In this document: positions 36,081 to 45,332 of the stretch, in pieces
Layout of the letters: each line of letters opens with the position of its first letter
How positions within the stretch are numbered: the first letter of the stretch is position 1
Virus record (IMG/VR): IMGVR_UViG_3300033171_000001
Coordinates: 21,260-85,259 of that record
Length of the DNA: 64,000 bases
From: a virus
Taxonomy: Duplodnaviria > Caudoviricetes
Strand: one strand, 5' to 3'
Position numbers and translations under genes: made by a program
The notes under the pieces: generated by a model
Seen by the model: the letters and a program-made list of their open reading frames with translations, nothing else
Databases searched by the model: none
What the model was told of the DNA's origin: nothing

Positions 36081-36662
36081 TTACTTTTTCCATTTATTAT
36101 ACTCTACATACCAACTATTTACATCAAGCAATGACTCCTTATCGCACAATTTTGGATTTTTGTCAAGGAATTTCTTCAGAAATCCACAAGTCTTCTCTTT
36201 GCAATTCCTATGTTCAATACAGTTAGGAACCATTCTGAAGGCTAGATCATAATCCACCCGTTGCATTTGAATCTTTAACTGCTCGATAACTTCAGTTGTT
36301 TCTTTTGACGCCTTCCTACACAACCGTTTCCTTGCTACGTTTATTAGTGCTTCCGCATTAGCAATGAAGTCCATATCTACAGGAGTGTTTCTATCTGCAT
36401 TTTCCCCTCCTCTATCTTCTCTGTTGGACTTCACGAAAGGAACAATAGTGACATGCCGTACTAGATGAGTTGCAACAAATGTAGGAATGTTAGTCATGGA
36501 CACATAGAATATCTGCGTTCTCATTGGGGAGTGCATACATTGATAAATCTTGTCCAATGAGATGTTTGAGTCTTTGTTGATGGTTGTGGAACAGGCTCTT
36601 TTTACCAACTCCGGGGAAGTTAGCTTTTCAACAGATATTGTGAAGGTTCTATTCACTTTCAT
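36081..36662 (-). CDS. thyX: FAD-dependent thymidylate synthase-like protein
   Basis: HSPMR, VATHLVRH....SNREDR, ANAEALINVARKRLC..AS.ET, VPNC. Confidence 0.75.
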   Translation of the reverse strand: MKVNRTFTISVEKLTSPELVKRACSTTINKDSNISLDKIYQCMHSPMRTQIFYVSMTNIPTFVATHLVRHVTIVPFVKSNREDRGGENADRNTPVDMDFIANAEALINVARKRLCRKASKETTEVIEQLKIQMQRVDYDLAFRMVPNCIEHRNCKEKTCGFLKKFLDKNPKLCDKESLLDVNSWYVEYNKWKK

Positions 36663-36990
36663 TTTCCTTCTTTATTATATAAGATTTACCAAAAAAAGTA
36701 TGCCGCTTAAAAACATCTTCTTTTTTATGTTCAGCAAAAGAGTTAAATCGTTTACGCAATCTATACCCAACGATATACCTAAATACTATAAACGGAAAAT
36801 ATCCTAATGTATAATAAAGTATCAATAAAATAAAACAAAAAAGATAACCGAAAACGGACATTAAGGTATTGATTAAACATTTAATTTCGTCGTAGAACTC
36901 CCTCGGCAATTTTCTTGTCAGTGTATTTATGTGCTTGGTTTTATACTTAGCATACTCTTGTATATCAAAATAATAATTTGATTTTGTCAT
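36649..36990 (-). CDS. Hypothetical membrane protein
   Basis: Central hydrophobic segment; overlaps the thyX start. Confidence 0.5.
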   Translation of the reverse strand: MTKSNYYFDIQEYAKYKTKHINTLTRKLPREFYDEIKCLINTLMSVFGYLFCFILLILYYTLGYFPFIVFRYIVGYRLRKRFNSFAEHKKEDVFKRHTFFGKSYIIKKENESE

Positions 36991-36993
36991 GAA

Positions 36994-37224
36994 TTACCAC
37001 CAATATTTATAGTCGTTCTTAATAGGAAGCGGGTCTTTACCTTCCCTGACCATTTGCTTTGCCCTACGCCTATCCATCCTTCGACGCATCTCTTTGTATT
37101 GCCTATAACTCTCTGAATCTGAAAGAGTGCTTCCATCCCTTCCATCACCAACTCCACCAAATAAGGTGAAGTCTTTGTTCCTAAAAGTCTTTCCCATAGT
37201 AGTATCCTGTTTAGAGTTATTCAC
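36994..37224 (-). CDS. Small basic hypothetical protein
   Basis: Arg/Lys-rich ORF; the true start may be the internal MGKTFRN. Confidence 0.5.
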   Translation of the reverse strand: MNNSKQDTTMGKTFRNKDFTLFGGVGDGRDGSTLSDSESYRQYKEMRRRMDRRRAKQMVREGKDPLPIKNDYKYWW

Positions 37225-37255
37225 AACAAGGGGAGAGAAATCCCTCCCCTTGTTG
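37223..37255 (-). terminator. Hairpin downstream of nrdJ
   Basis: ACAACAAGGG / CCCTTGTTGT 10-bp stem. Confidence 0.55.
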
Positions 37256-37260
37256 TTTAC

Positions 37261-40200
37261 TTACATTTCACATTTATCACCCGTACAATTAAATTCCCTA
37301 CTACCTTCTGTTTTATCTTCATTTTCAAAAACACTTAGTTGTAGAAAATCCATTACAGGTAGATTTTTACTCAATTCAATAAACTCTTCTTCTGTACATT
37401 CCGTATAAGGGGCGAGTGGATAAACTCCCCCATCATAAGGAAGAAAACTAATACCACTAACATAATTCCAATGTTCATACACCCAAGAACCAACCTTGAG
37501 CCATTCATTTTCTTTTACATAAACAGTAATAGAGGGTTTATGTTCACACCAATATTTCTGAAGCATTAACCAGTATTCCAATTGTTCCAGAGCGTCTACA
37601 TCTTGACGCATAACCGCACTTTCCGGTGATTTTATTGGAAATGGAAATACTGCTGTGGAACACCCCTCCCTAGTCTGCCCAACCTCGGGTTCCCATTTCA
37701 TACCAATGGAGTTGAGGTACTTAAATACAGGATCACCAGTGGATACTCGCACTCTCCGAACATAGTACGGACTAAATCGCGGGTGTAGTCCGCTTGCAGA
37801 ATCAACTAATTGCGATACTGTTCCGCTGGGCTTGGTACAGGTAATTGCTGCTGGCATATTGATATGAAGGGCTTTAGACCATTCCTCTGCGGTTTCAATA
37901 GCAGTTTCCTTCATCTCTGTCAACCATGCTTTGGCTTTTTTAGACACTTTTCCAAGGATCGGATGATCCCGTAGTCCAGTTAAACTAACACCGAGTAGGC
38001 GTTCATCTTCTGTATTGTTTTTCCAAGATCGGGAAAGGAAACCAAAATCAGTAAGAGTGGATTGTAAACAACCCAATACCGTTGCGTATCTTACTTTTTG
38101 CCTAAGAGTTTGTTTAGTATCTTCTGGACGAATAACTACTTCTGTTAGATTGCAAAAAGAATTGGGACGAAGAATAATCTCAGCACAGGGGTTTACCCCC
38201 CAGGGGTATCCAGTTTCCCTTCGTCCGGTTTGAGAAACGATAAATTCCATAGACTCTCTATTAATAATACCCCGCTCACCACTTCCACTACGAGCTAATA
38301 CCAACCAATCTTCCATGAACTGAGTAGCATCCGGTTTTTCAGTGTAAACAATGGAGTTATTAGCAAGCATACGTTGTGGGTTAGTATTCCAAAATTCCCC
38401 GTCCTTGGCATGTGCCATTCTGTCATCTGAACGATTTGAAAGAGAAATACAGGCTGAATTATGTACAATATATCCGTTTGCATTGAATGCGTTAATTTCG
38501 TCAACTTCAATATCATAGGTGTCTACATATCGTCCATCTTCGATAGATACTACCATATCAGGCATAAGCGAGGTATTCTTTATGAAACCCCTATCAATTG
38601 CAGTGTCCATTGTAATGAAACCGTCTCGTTTCCATCCAGTAGGGTATCCACACCACGCAGAAGGAATTTTGTAATCAAATGGACCCCCTGATACTGTGAT
38701 ACAATCTGCTTTTCCACTTACACTAAACGGTTTAATATGTTCGATCCACTTTCTCTTGTTTGTCATTCCCGTAACAAAAATTGAATACGCGTCAGAGTAT
38801 CCTTCTCGTTTAATAGTGTCTACGCGACTTCCGATTCCTAATGATGTTAATGCCAATACTGTATCATTTTTTAGTTGATTGTATATCGTATTAACCTGTT
38901 CACACACCGAATCTGCCCTGCCTCTCCCATCTGCATCAAACAAGCCCGCTAAGAAGGCTGATCGAACGGGTTTAGTCGCATTTAATATATATTGGGGTAT
39001 ATATAATTCTGAACTATTTTTCAAATTATGTGACATCCATTGCGATATAGATACGGAGTTCAATCTCAATCGTAGGCAATCCCCATGTCCTTGACTTACC
39101 TTACTATCAATACCAAAATATTCATAAGCAATATTTTTACATTTAGTAAGGACTTCTTTTTGTAGGGTGTGTTGGGTTATTTCTATACCTTTCGGGGATA
39201 TATGTCCATTTCCTACAATTACACCAAACAAATACGCCACATCTTCATTAATATATGCAGGAAATGTCAGTTGCTTTGAATTAAAGTGATTAGAATTAGT
39301 AAACTCCGGTAGGGGGATTAATTCGGAACCCTCATACCCATTAGTATCCCATACTAACATATCCCCTACACAAACATCCTTAGCCTGTTTGTAGGTAATA
39401 TCTATTGTATTTTTTTCGAAAACCGCAACCCTATGATTAAGGGTACACTCCAGTTCACTAAATCGGGTTTTAAACAACAACGTTTTTTGTTTGCCGGAAA
39501 AAACCTTACCCTTAATTGGATATGTCTTACCTGCATACAATACCTTATCAGTATCTTCAAGGCTGTGCATACTTTTAATACCATTATTTGTCATTATAGG
39601 CGTGTCAAATGGTAAACACCTACGAACACCCCCTACAACAACAATAGCAGCCACCTTACACATAATATCGTGACACTCAATCGAAGATAGTTTTCTACCT
39701 TGAGCGTTTTTAAAAAGCTGCGTTGTGAATTTAATTAGATCATCTAAAGGCTCTGGTCCACTGGCTCTTCCACCAAATGTTTTAAGAATAGAACCCTTGG
39801 GACGAATTTTAGATAGATCGTATTTAGGAATCTCGCCTTTATATAAATGCCGCAAATACCGGTAGAATCCGTCTGCCCACCCTTTTTTTGAATCGGAAAA
39901 CTCAACCACATCTACTACTTCTTTTAACTGAGGCACTTCCGGTAATTTGTTAACCTCTTGTCTTTCAACAGAAAAACCAACGCCTGTCCCGTTCATTAAA
40001 ATATATAGACATTCTGCAAATGCTTTTATGTTATTAACTGCTAAATAGGAACAGTTATATCCTGCAATATTTTCCCTGTCCAGTGCGGGTCCAGCCGCCC
40101 ATAATGCCCGCATAGAAGGCATTACGTCTAAATTAATAATCGAAGTAATAGCAGAGTTAAATTCTGCTTCTTTCTCCGATGGTACTCTGGAAATAAAAAA

Positions 40201-40314
40201 GTCTTTATACCTATTAACAGTTTCTTTCCATGTCTCTCTGCATTTTTCTTTCTCTTTCCATCGACTATAGGTTCTAGTATAAATAAATTCTTGGTAACTG
40301 GTTGGAAAATCCAT
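37261..40314 (-). CDS. nrdJ: Class II (B12-dependent) ribonucleotide reductase, RTPR type, with an intein
   Basis: PSMRALW, YNCSY, GTGVGFSV, GGVRR/SA, NPCAEI..CNLTE, TCTKPSGTVS, terminal CTGDKCE. Confidence 0.92.
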   Translation of the reverse strand: MDFPTSYQEFIYTRTYSRWKEKEKCRETWKETVNRYKDFFISRVPSEKEAEFNSAITSIINLDVMPSMRALWAAGPALDRENIAGYNCSYLAVNNIKAFAECLYILMNGTGVGFSVERQEVNKLPEVPQLKEVVDVVEFSDSKKGWADGFYRYLRHLYKGEIPKYDLSKIRPKGSILKTFGGRASGPEPLDDLIKFTTQLFKNAQGRKLSSIECHDIMCKVAAIVVVGGVRRCLPFDTPIMTNNGIKSMHSLEDTDKVLYAGKTYPIKGKVFSGKQKTLLFKTRFSELECTLNHRVAVFEKNTIDITYKQAKDVCVGDMLVWDTNGYEGSELIPLPEFTNSNHFNSKQLTFPAYINEDVAYLFGVIVGNGHISPKGIEITQHTLQKEVLTKCKNIAYEYFGIDSKVSQGHGDCLRLRLNSVSISQWMSHNLKNSSELYIPQYILNATKPVRSAFLAGLFDADGRGRADSVCEQVNTIYNQLKNDTVLALTSLGIGSRVDTIKREGYSDAYSIFVTGMTNKRKWIEHIKPFSVSGKADCITVSGGPFDYKIPSAWCGYPTGWKRDGFITMDTAIDRGFIKNTSLMPDMVVSIEDGRYVDTYDIEVDEINAFNANGYIVHNSACISLSNRSDDRMAHAKDGEFWNTNPQRMLANNSIVYTEKPDATQFMEDWLVLARSGSGERGIINRESMEFIVSQTGRRETGYPWGVNPCAEIILRPNSFCNLTEVVIRPEDTKQTLRQKVRYATVLGCLQSTLTDFGFLSRSWKNNTEDERLLGVSLTGLRDHPILGKVSKKAKAWLTEMKETAIETAEEWSKALHINMPAAITCTKPSGTVSQLVDSASGLHPRFSPYYVRRVRVSTGDPVFKYLNSIGMKWEPEVGQTREGCSTAVFPFPIKSPESAVMRQDVDALEQLEYWLMLQKYWCEHKPSITVYVKENEWLKVGSWVYEHWNYVSGISFLPYDGGVYPLAPYTECTEEEFIELSKNLPVMDFLQLSVFENEDKTEGSREFNCTGDKCEM
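38458..39618 (-). mobile_element. Intein with LAGLIDADG homing endonuclease (387 aa)
   Basis: Starts CLPFDT after GGVRR, ends YIVHN before Ser; AYLFGVIVGNG and AFLAGLFDADG motifs; YDIEV block F. Confidence 0.93.
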
Positions 40315-40319
40315 TAGAA

Positions 40320-40413
40320 CTCCTTGCTGTGAATATGGGATTGAAGATTAAATTGGGAGCACCGGCGAACGGGAAAAGCCCATTCCAAACCGATGCTCCC
40401 TAGACCAAAGGAG
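40320..40413 (-). promoter_or_regulatory. Structured 5' leader of nrdJ
   Basis: 11-bp stem 40355-40365/40390-40400 enclosing a 7-bp stem; CTCCTT at the transcript 5' end is complementary to SD AAGGAG. Confidence 0.55.
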
Positions 40414-40429
40414 GGGCATGACAAATAAC

Positions 40430-40458
40430 ATTATAGCAAAAGCAAACCAAAATGTCAA
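40430..40458 (-). promoter_or_regulatory. Perfect sigma70 consensus promoter for nrdJ
   Basis: Minus strand TTGACA-17 nt-TATAAT. Confidence 0.88.
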
Positions 40459-40476
40459 GTGTTTTTTGAGTTAAAT

Positions 40477-40968
40477 TTAATCCATAATATCCGTGCTGCC
40501 GAAACCGCCCCTATCCTCATTATCCAAAGTATCTACTTCAATTATATAGGTTTCTTTCATAGGTTCCATAATGCGAAATTGACAAATCCTATCTCCGTGT
40601 TTGATGGTTCCTGGTTTGAGACTATAACAAGGAAACCACCAAACATCTCCATCCCCGTTGTAGGAAGAATCAATAATACCCATGCTGTTGGTTTGAATAA
40701 GTCCGTATTTCTTGAAGGTTGAAGAACGGGGAACAACGTGTGCTTCCATTCCATTCAGGTCTACGGAGATTCCGAGGCCGATCATCATTTCTGTATTATT
40801 AGGGTAGCAAACAGTAGCCCCTTCCCACAAAGTGTTTTCTATCCATTCCCCGTCTTTTGCCCTAATCTTAATCTTATCCGATACCCTAAGATCAATCCAA
40901 TCCCCTACAACAATCTTTTCAATCCTAGGAAGTTCCTTGTCGTGATATTTTATTTTAATTTTATGCAT
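40477..40968 (-). CDS. dut: Trimeric dUTPase
   Basis: DWIDL, PRSS, NSMGIIDSSYNG, GDRICQ, RGGFGST. Confidence 0.92.
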   Translation of the reverse strand: MHKIKIKYHDKELPRIEKIVVGDWIDLRVSDKIKIRAKDGEWIENTLWEGATVCYPNNTEMMIGLGISVDLNGMEAHVVPRSSTFKKYGLIQTNSMGIIDSSYNGDGDVWWFPCYSLKPGTIKHGDRICQFRIMEPMKETYIIEVDTLDNEDRGGFGSTDIMD

Positions 40969-41039
40969 ACTTACTTTACCTTAGATATAAAATCTTTAAG
41001 TAGTTCTGCACCATCAGAAATCCTCTGCTCTTGAGGAAT

Positions 41040-41516
41040 CTAGCGTGCGCTTTTGTAGTCATCTACCATTTTAGTAATATAATCTCTTGATCCCATTACA
41101 TTATTTTTAAATACGTAATCCAAACATTTAACAAACTTATGTACTTCCATATCCATTATGTCGTCTGCACTATCAATTCCTGTTTTCGGAAATTCTCCAC
41201 TAATTCTTTTCTCCTCAAGATAGATAACCGCCGCTGCACTATATACCATAACATCTAGAAGTTCATTGATTGCATTGTCATAGCTGTACTTCTCAAGTAG
41301 TACCGGCACTTCCATCATCTTCTTCTCTGCCTGTCCAGTGAGATAACCAAGCCCCTGCCTTCGCGCAATCTCAAGAATAGGTTGTTTTACAAATGGAGTA
41401 TTTCCTTCAGGATTATGTCGTTCCCTACCTTTTCCTTCAGTAACCCGCGCAAATGCTTTTTGAAAAACCATATCAAGTTCTTCAAATCCATCGTCTACAA
41501 ACACACCGTCGTGCAT
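41040..41516 (-). CDS. Helical phage protein (GKGRERH / GQAEKK / ELLD motifs)
   Basis: Motif-like conserved-looking segments; function unassigned. Confidence 0.5.
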   Translation of the reverse strand: MHDGVFVDDGFEELDMVFQKAFARVTEGKGRERHNPEGNTPFVKQPILEIARRQGLGYLTGQAEKKMMEVPVLLEKYSYDNAINELLDVMVYSAAAVIYLEEKRISGEFPKTGIDSADDIMDMEVHKFVKCLDYVFKNNVMGSRDYITKMVDDYKSAR

Positions 41517-41518
41517 AG

Positions 41519-41746
41519 CTACTCCTCCACAATCTTGGCTTTACCATTAATGAATTTAGACCACAATTCAGGACTCACGTTAAGAGGAACCAAAATCTCT
41601 CGCAGAACACATCCTTGAACAAAGTCCCAATTTTCAATTTTATATTTATAACGATCATCCGTAGTACAACCGTCTTTGAAAAACTTTGTTACGGCATAGT
41701 AATCATCGGTCAATCCGCGCCCAATCTTACAAGTCTTTTCCTTCAT
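41519..41746 (-). CDS. Hypothetical protein
   Basis: Tightly packed ORF with SD. Confidence 0.55.
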   Translation of the reverse strand: MKEKTCKIGRGLTDDYYAVTKFFKDGCTTDDRYKYKIENWDFVQGCVLREILVPLNVSPELWSKFINGKAKIVEE

Positions 41747-41748
41747 AT

Positions 41749-42648
41749 CTATTCCTCAATGAAAAGTTTAATGTTCTTTTTAATCACATCATATAACGCA
41801 TCTAGTGCCATGAATCGTTGTGAAATCTCCTCCTGCTTCTCATCTACATCAACTTCCATTGCTTCGTCTTCATACGCAAAAATTGAATAAAAACTCTTTA
41901 GTTTGAATGAAGCATCAAAAGATTTGAATGTGAGTGTAGCTTCCTTGAAAGTGTAACCCTTATCCAGCAGAGAAACCACTTGCTCCTTTTCTTCCGCATC
42001 TACAAAACTAACCTTACCTACTTGGTTAATATCTGTCATCTTGATATTATCATCCACCACCAGATCATATTCTTCATGCTTTTTTTCGTAAATAGATTCA
42101 ATGAAGAAATGAATGTCGTCTTCTACAAGCTGATCATTGAATGAAGAAATAATAATGGATTCATCGAGACAACCACTCATAAGATTAAACTCTTTTTCAG
42201 AACAAGACGAGAAGTACCCGTATCCATCATTAAAATTAAAATAAACGTCAAAGTAATTCGGGACCGCCAGAACTTCTTTAAGAAGTCGATTCTTAATTGC
42301 CGACTTCAGTTCCTTCTTGGTATCCTTGCTTGGAATGTACGTATCAACTTCCCCGTATTCATTCACAGTAGACTTCTGTTCAACCAACTTACGTAGAGCC
42401 TGTTCATATTCTTTCTTTAACACCTTACCAGGAACAGAACGTTTATCAATACGAAACTTAACAGCTACGATCTCCTTACCATTCACATAGGTTTTCCTGC
42501 ACGGACTTGGGGAATTTTCCTTGGTTTCATAATCAACAAACCCCCATGAAAGTTCTGCTCCATCGGTGGAGAAGAAGTGAGGAAGTTCATTTAGATCAAT
42601 ATCTTCGTTGACTGAAAACCGAATCACATTACTCTTCTTGCCAAACAT
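41749..42648 (-). CDS. rdgC: RdgC-like protein
   Basis: SWGFV, FRIDKRSVPGKVLK, KKELK..IK..LL..VL pattern. Confidence 0.7.
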   Translation of the reverse strand: MFGKKSNVIRFSVNEDIDLNELPHFFSTDGAELSWGFVDYETKENSPSPCRKTYVNGKEIVAVKFRIDKRSVPGKVLKKEYEQALRKLVEQKSTVNEYGEVDTYIPSKDTKKELKSAIKNRLLKEVLAVPNYFDVYFNFNDGYGYFSSCSEKEFNLMSGCLDESIIISSFNDQLVEDDIHFFIESIYEKKHEEYDLVVDDNIKMTDINQVGKVSFVDAEEKEQVVSLLDKGYTFKEATLTFKSFDASFKLKSFYSIFAYEDEAMEVDVDEKQEEISQRFMALDALYDVIKKNIKLFIEE

Positions 42649-42866
42649 TAAATCTTCCCCTTATACTTTACATAATTGTTAGTGTCCTTTGTACGGGCAT
42701 CGACATCTTCCTTTAGCAGCAGACGGCACCCGGAACAAATACTTGTATAATAATACCTAGAATCCTTTCCTTCAACATAATAGTGCGGACCGGAAATAAA
42801 AATAAAATCATGATGTCCAAAAAGACATTTAATTTTTTGAATAAAATTTTTAATCATTTCCAACAC
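42648..42866 (-). CDS. Hypothetical Cys/His protein
   Basis: CLFGHH...CSGC. Confidence 0.55.
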   Translation of the reverse strand: MLEMIKNFIQKIKCLFGHHDFIFISGPHYYVEGKDSRYYYTSICSGCRLLLKEDVDARTKDTNNYVKYKGKI

Positions 42867-43069
42867 AAACTATCCTTTCCAGATTTAATAAAATCAAGAA
42901 GTTTACTTTGACAAGTTATACATAATTCTACTGTCTCATGACCATCGTATTCTTCATTTTTATGCTCATCGAGTGCTTTTTTCCCATTAAACAGCCGTAC
43001 AGAATGTCTATACTGAGATACCGGCGTATGACAAATATCACAGTAATACTGAGTAATTTGTTGCCTCAC
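42854..43069 (-). CDS. Small zinc-finger protein
   Basis: CDIC...LCITC. Confidence 0.6.
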   Translation of the reverse strand: MRQQITQYYCDICHTPVSQYRHSVRLFNGKKALDEHKNEEYDGHETVELCITCQSKLLDFIKSGKDSLCWK

Positions 43070-43650
43070 ATCAATCTCCCGTTTTCAATTACAAAGTTTT
43101 TATCGCTCTGGTCCATAAACTCATTTAGGTGGCTTACGCAAATAAACTGAATATCCAATTTATCTGACAGCATCTTAACCATCTCAACCGCCCTTGGCAC
43201 GAGTTCCCTGGAAAGATAGCGCATAGGCTCGTCAAAGATCATCACGCCCCTATTCTTATTGAGATTCCAAAAGCTGATTCTAAGAGCAAGAGAAGTAATG
43301 TCTAAAAGCCCGCCACCACTACTCACTACAGGCTTGAGTTTTTCATTGTTCTTAATATACCAGAAGTCACATTCAGTCTTTCCCCTCTTCTCAACGAACT
43401 CAACCTTGAACTCAATGTCTTCTTCAAACACCGACAAAATGGCCGTGGTGACAAGGGAAGAAATATGATATTCAAGTTGCTGCTGCGTTTGCTTGCCTAC
43501 ATCTTGAATGATTGTTCTGGCTTTTAGGGCCGCTTCGTATGTTTCTTTCAATTCACACAACTGGTCAGAGATTTGCTTGATTTGTTTGTCAAGCATGTTT
43601 TTCTCTGCTTTGTGTGTGAGAATGATTTCTTTGATTTTAGAGAGGTTCAT
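43066..43650 (-). CDS. sbcC: SbcC/Rad50-like ATPase, C-terminal half
   Basis: SSGGG signature, IFDEP Walker B, VSH H-loop; no Walker A. Confidence 0.8.
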   Translation of the reverse strand: MNLSKIKEIILTHKAEKNMLDKQIKQISDQLCELKETYEAALKARTIIQDVGKQTQQQLEYHISSLVTTAILSVFEEDIEFKVEFVEKRGKTECDFWYIKNNEKLKPVVSSGGGLLDITSLALRISFWNLNKNRGVMIFDEPMRYLSRELVPRAVEMVKMLSDKLDIQFICVSHLNEFMDQSDKNFVIENGRLM

Positions 43651-43652
43651 TT

Positions 43653-43892
43653 TTACACCGGAAGAATTTCACGAAGTTCTTCCATTTGCTTATTGATAGC
43701 TTCTTCCAACTTTTCCTTTTCTTCCTGCATTTCTTGAAGTTTCTTCTTTGCCTCCCTGATAGAACCAATTTCAAATTTTTCAGAAAGTTGTTTCATCAGA
43801 CTCTCCTTCTCTCCCTCAAGCCTAGCTCGTTTGTTTTCATTCTCCTTAATCATGTTGGAAATTGAATCGAGTTCTTTAATAATATCCTGCAT
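43653..43892 (-). CDS. Coiled-coil protein
   Basis: Heptad-rich; directly upstream of the SbcC C-half. Confidence 0.6.
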   Translation of the reverse strand: MQDIIKELDSISNMIKENENKRARLEGEKESLMKQLSEKFEIGSIREAKKKLQEMQEEKEKLEEAINKQMEELREILPV

Positions 43893-43905
43893 TTATTTCT
43901 CCTCT

Positions 43906-44808
43906 TTATTCAACACAAATTTGAATTATTTCTTTAACCTTTTCATCTGCCCCAACCACAGAAGGACTATGCCACAGGTTGGATAAAAAGTCAAGAGAAA
44001 TGTTTTCCTGGTTTCCAAATCCTTCAACAAAAGAGGCAATCTTCATGTCAATCTCTTTTTTGTTATCGTGGGCCTCCTTGTTTATGACCAAAGAAGCATC
44101 TGTGATAGGAACCGGAATCTCTTCAACTTCCCTTGTGTCAGAATCAAAAATGTAGATATACGGTTCGTGGTCAAATTGATCTACAGAACTTCTACAAACG
44201 GAACCGCAGTTATATAACCTACGACTTCCTGTGCGGTAAGATTCCTTGAACCGCTTGTGGTTGTGGCCGGAAAAAACCAACTGAAAACCATAGTCCTTCA
44301 GAAAATCCTTTGCTGTATGCCATCGTTCTTTCGTATCAAAATGCAAGGGCTTCTCACTAATACCCGTATGAATGATAAGAACATTAAATTTATCCTTGAT
44401 AGGTTCAGGAATAGGCTCTTGATAATGAACAAAGTGAAAAACACAATTTGAATCAATTGGCGGTTCTGTCTTGATAAATCCAGCTTTCTTCAACACACCA
44501 AAAACAGAATTGTTTGATAGAACAGAATGAAAAGAACTATCATGATTGCCTATCACTGAATAAAACGGAATATTGGCAATGTATGTTTTCAGCGGTTTGA
44601 ATAGATCAACGGTTTCGCTAATGAAATGCAGGGGAAACTGCGCCTTGTCCAGAAAATCCCCAACAGATATAATTCTTTCAATCATGTTATCAACACAATA
44701 ATTGAAAATCCACTCTAGTTTCTTTTTTTGTGCTTCCGGATAATTATCCAATCTACAAACCGGAATGTGATTTGTTAAATGGAAATCCCCGATGATGCAG
44801 TATTTCAC
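43906..44808 (-). CDS. sbcD: SbcD/Mre11-like nuclease
   Basis: GDFH, VGDFLD, GNHD, HTG, SGHNH, NCGS motifs next to the SbcC parts. Confidence 0.85.
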   Translation of the reverse strand: MKYCIIGDFHLTNHIPVCRLDNYPEAQKKKLEWIFNYCVDNMIERIISVGDFLDKAQFPLHFISETVDLFKPLKTYIANIPFYSVIGNHDSSFHSVLSNNSVFGVLKKAGFIKTEPPIDSNCVFHFVHYQEPIPEPIKDKFNVLIIHTGISEKPLHFDTKERWHTAKDFLKDYGFQLVFSGHNHKRFKESYRTGSRRLYNCGSVCRSSVDQFDHEPYIYIFDSDTREVEEIPVPITDASLVINKEAHDNKKEIDMKIASFVEGFGNQENISLDFLSNLWHSPSVVGADEKVKEIIQICVE

Positions 44809-44823
44809 TACTTTCCCTCCTTT

Positions 44824-45318
44824 TTACTGCCGTAAATAAATAAGTTTACCAGTTATCTTATTTTCTTTAATTGCTTTTTCAATATATAAAGTATCTTCAC
44901 CAGAATAGGACACCAAACAAGAGGGGGCGTTTGCAGTATTTCCAGTTTTACCATTTATGTCACAGAATTTAAGCCGTCCCTTAAAAAAGAAAATACTATC
45001 CGCTTTGTCCCATATTTGAGCATGAAATCCCTTGGTCTCTGTTCTGCAAAAAATAAGAGCAATCCCTCTTCCATGTTGTGCCAATTTTTCTAACCAAGTG
45101 AACGTATGTTTGCCGTATGGAGGGTTACACCATACTCGACCGTACCACTCTTTAACTAACCCATCATCTTCAATTGTATAATGCGTCCGAGCAGTAGACC
45201 ATGGCCGCGTAATAGGAGAACAGGGGTCTAAGTCAAATGGACCAAGCGCATCGGTTATATATCTAGGAGTCAACCATTCATCTTTATTTAATGTATTTGT
45301 ATTAAAATTATTACTCAT
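44824..45318 (-). CDS. Phage DNA N6-adenine methyltransferase (short Dam-like)
   Basis: DEWLTP, FDLDPC, DDGL..W...VWCNPPYG, RTET. Confidence 0.88.
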   Translation of the reverse strand: MSNNFNTNTLNKDEWLTPRYITDALGPFDLDPCSPITRPWSTARTHYTIEDDGLVKEWYGRVWCNPPYGKHTFTWLEKLAQHGRGIALIFCRTETKGFHAQIWDKADSIFFFKGRLKFCDINGKTGNTANAPSCLVSYSGEDTLYIEKAIKENKITGKLIYLRQ

Positions 45319-45332
45319 ATTTTAATGCTCCT

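Noticed and set aside
40320-40423. Canonical cobalamin riboswitch or NrdR box
   Set aside because: No GCCACTG/GGGAAG B12-box elements and no convincing NrdR palindrome were found by eye.
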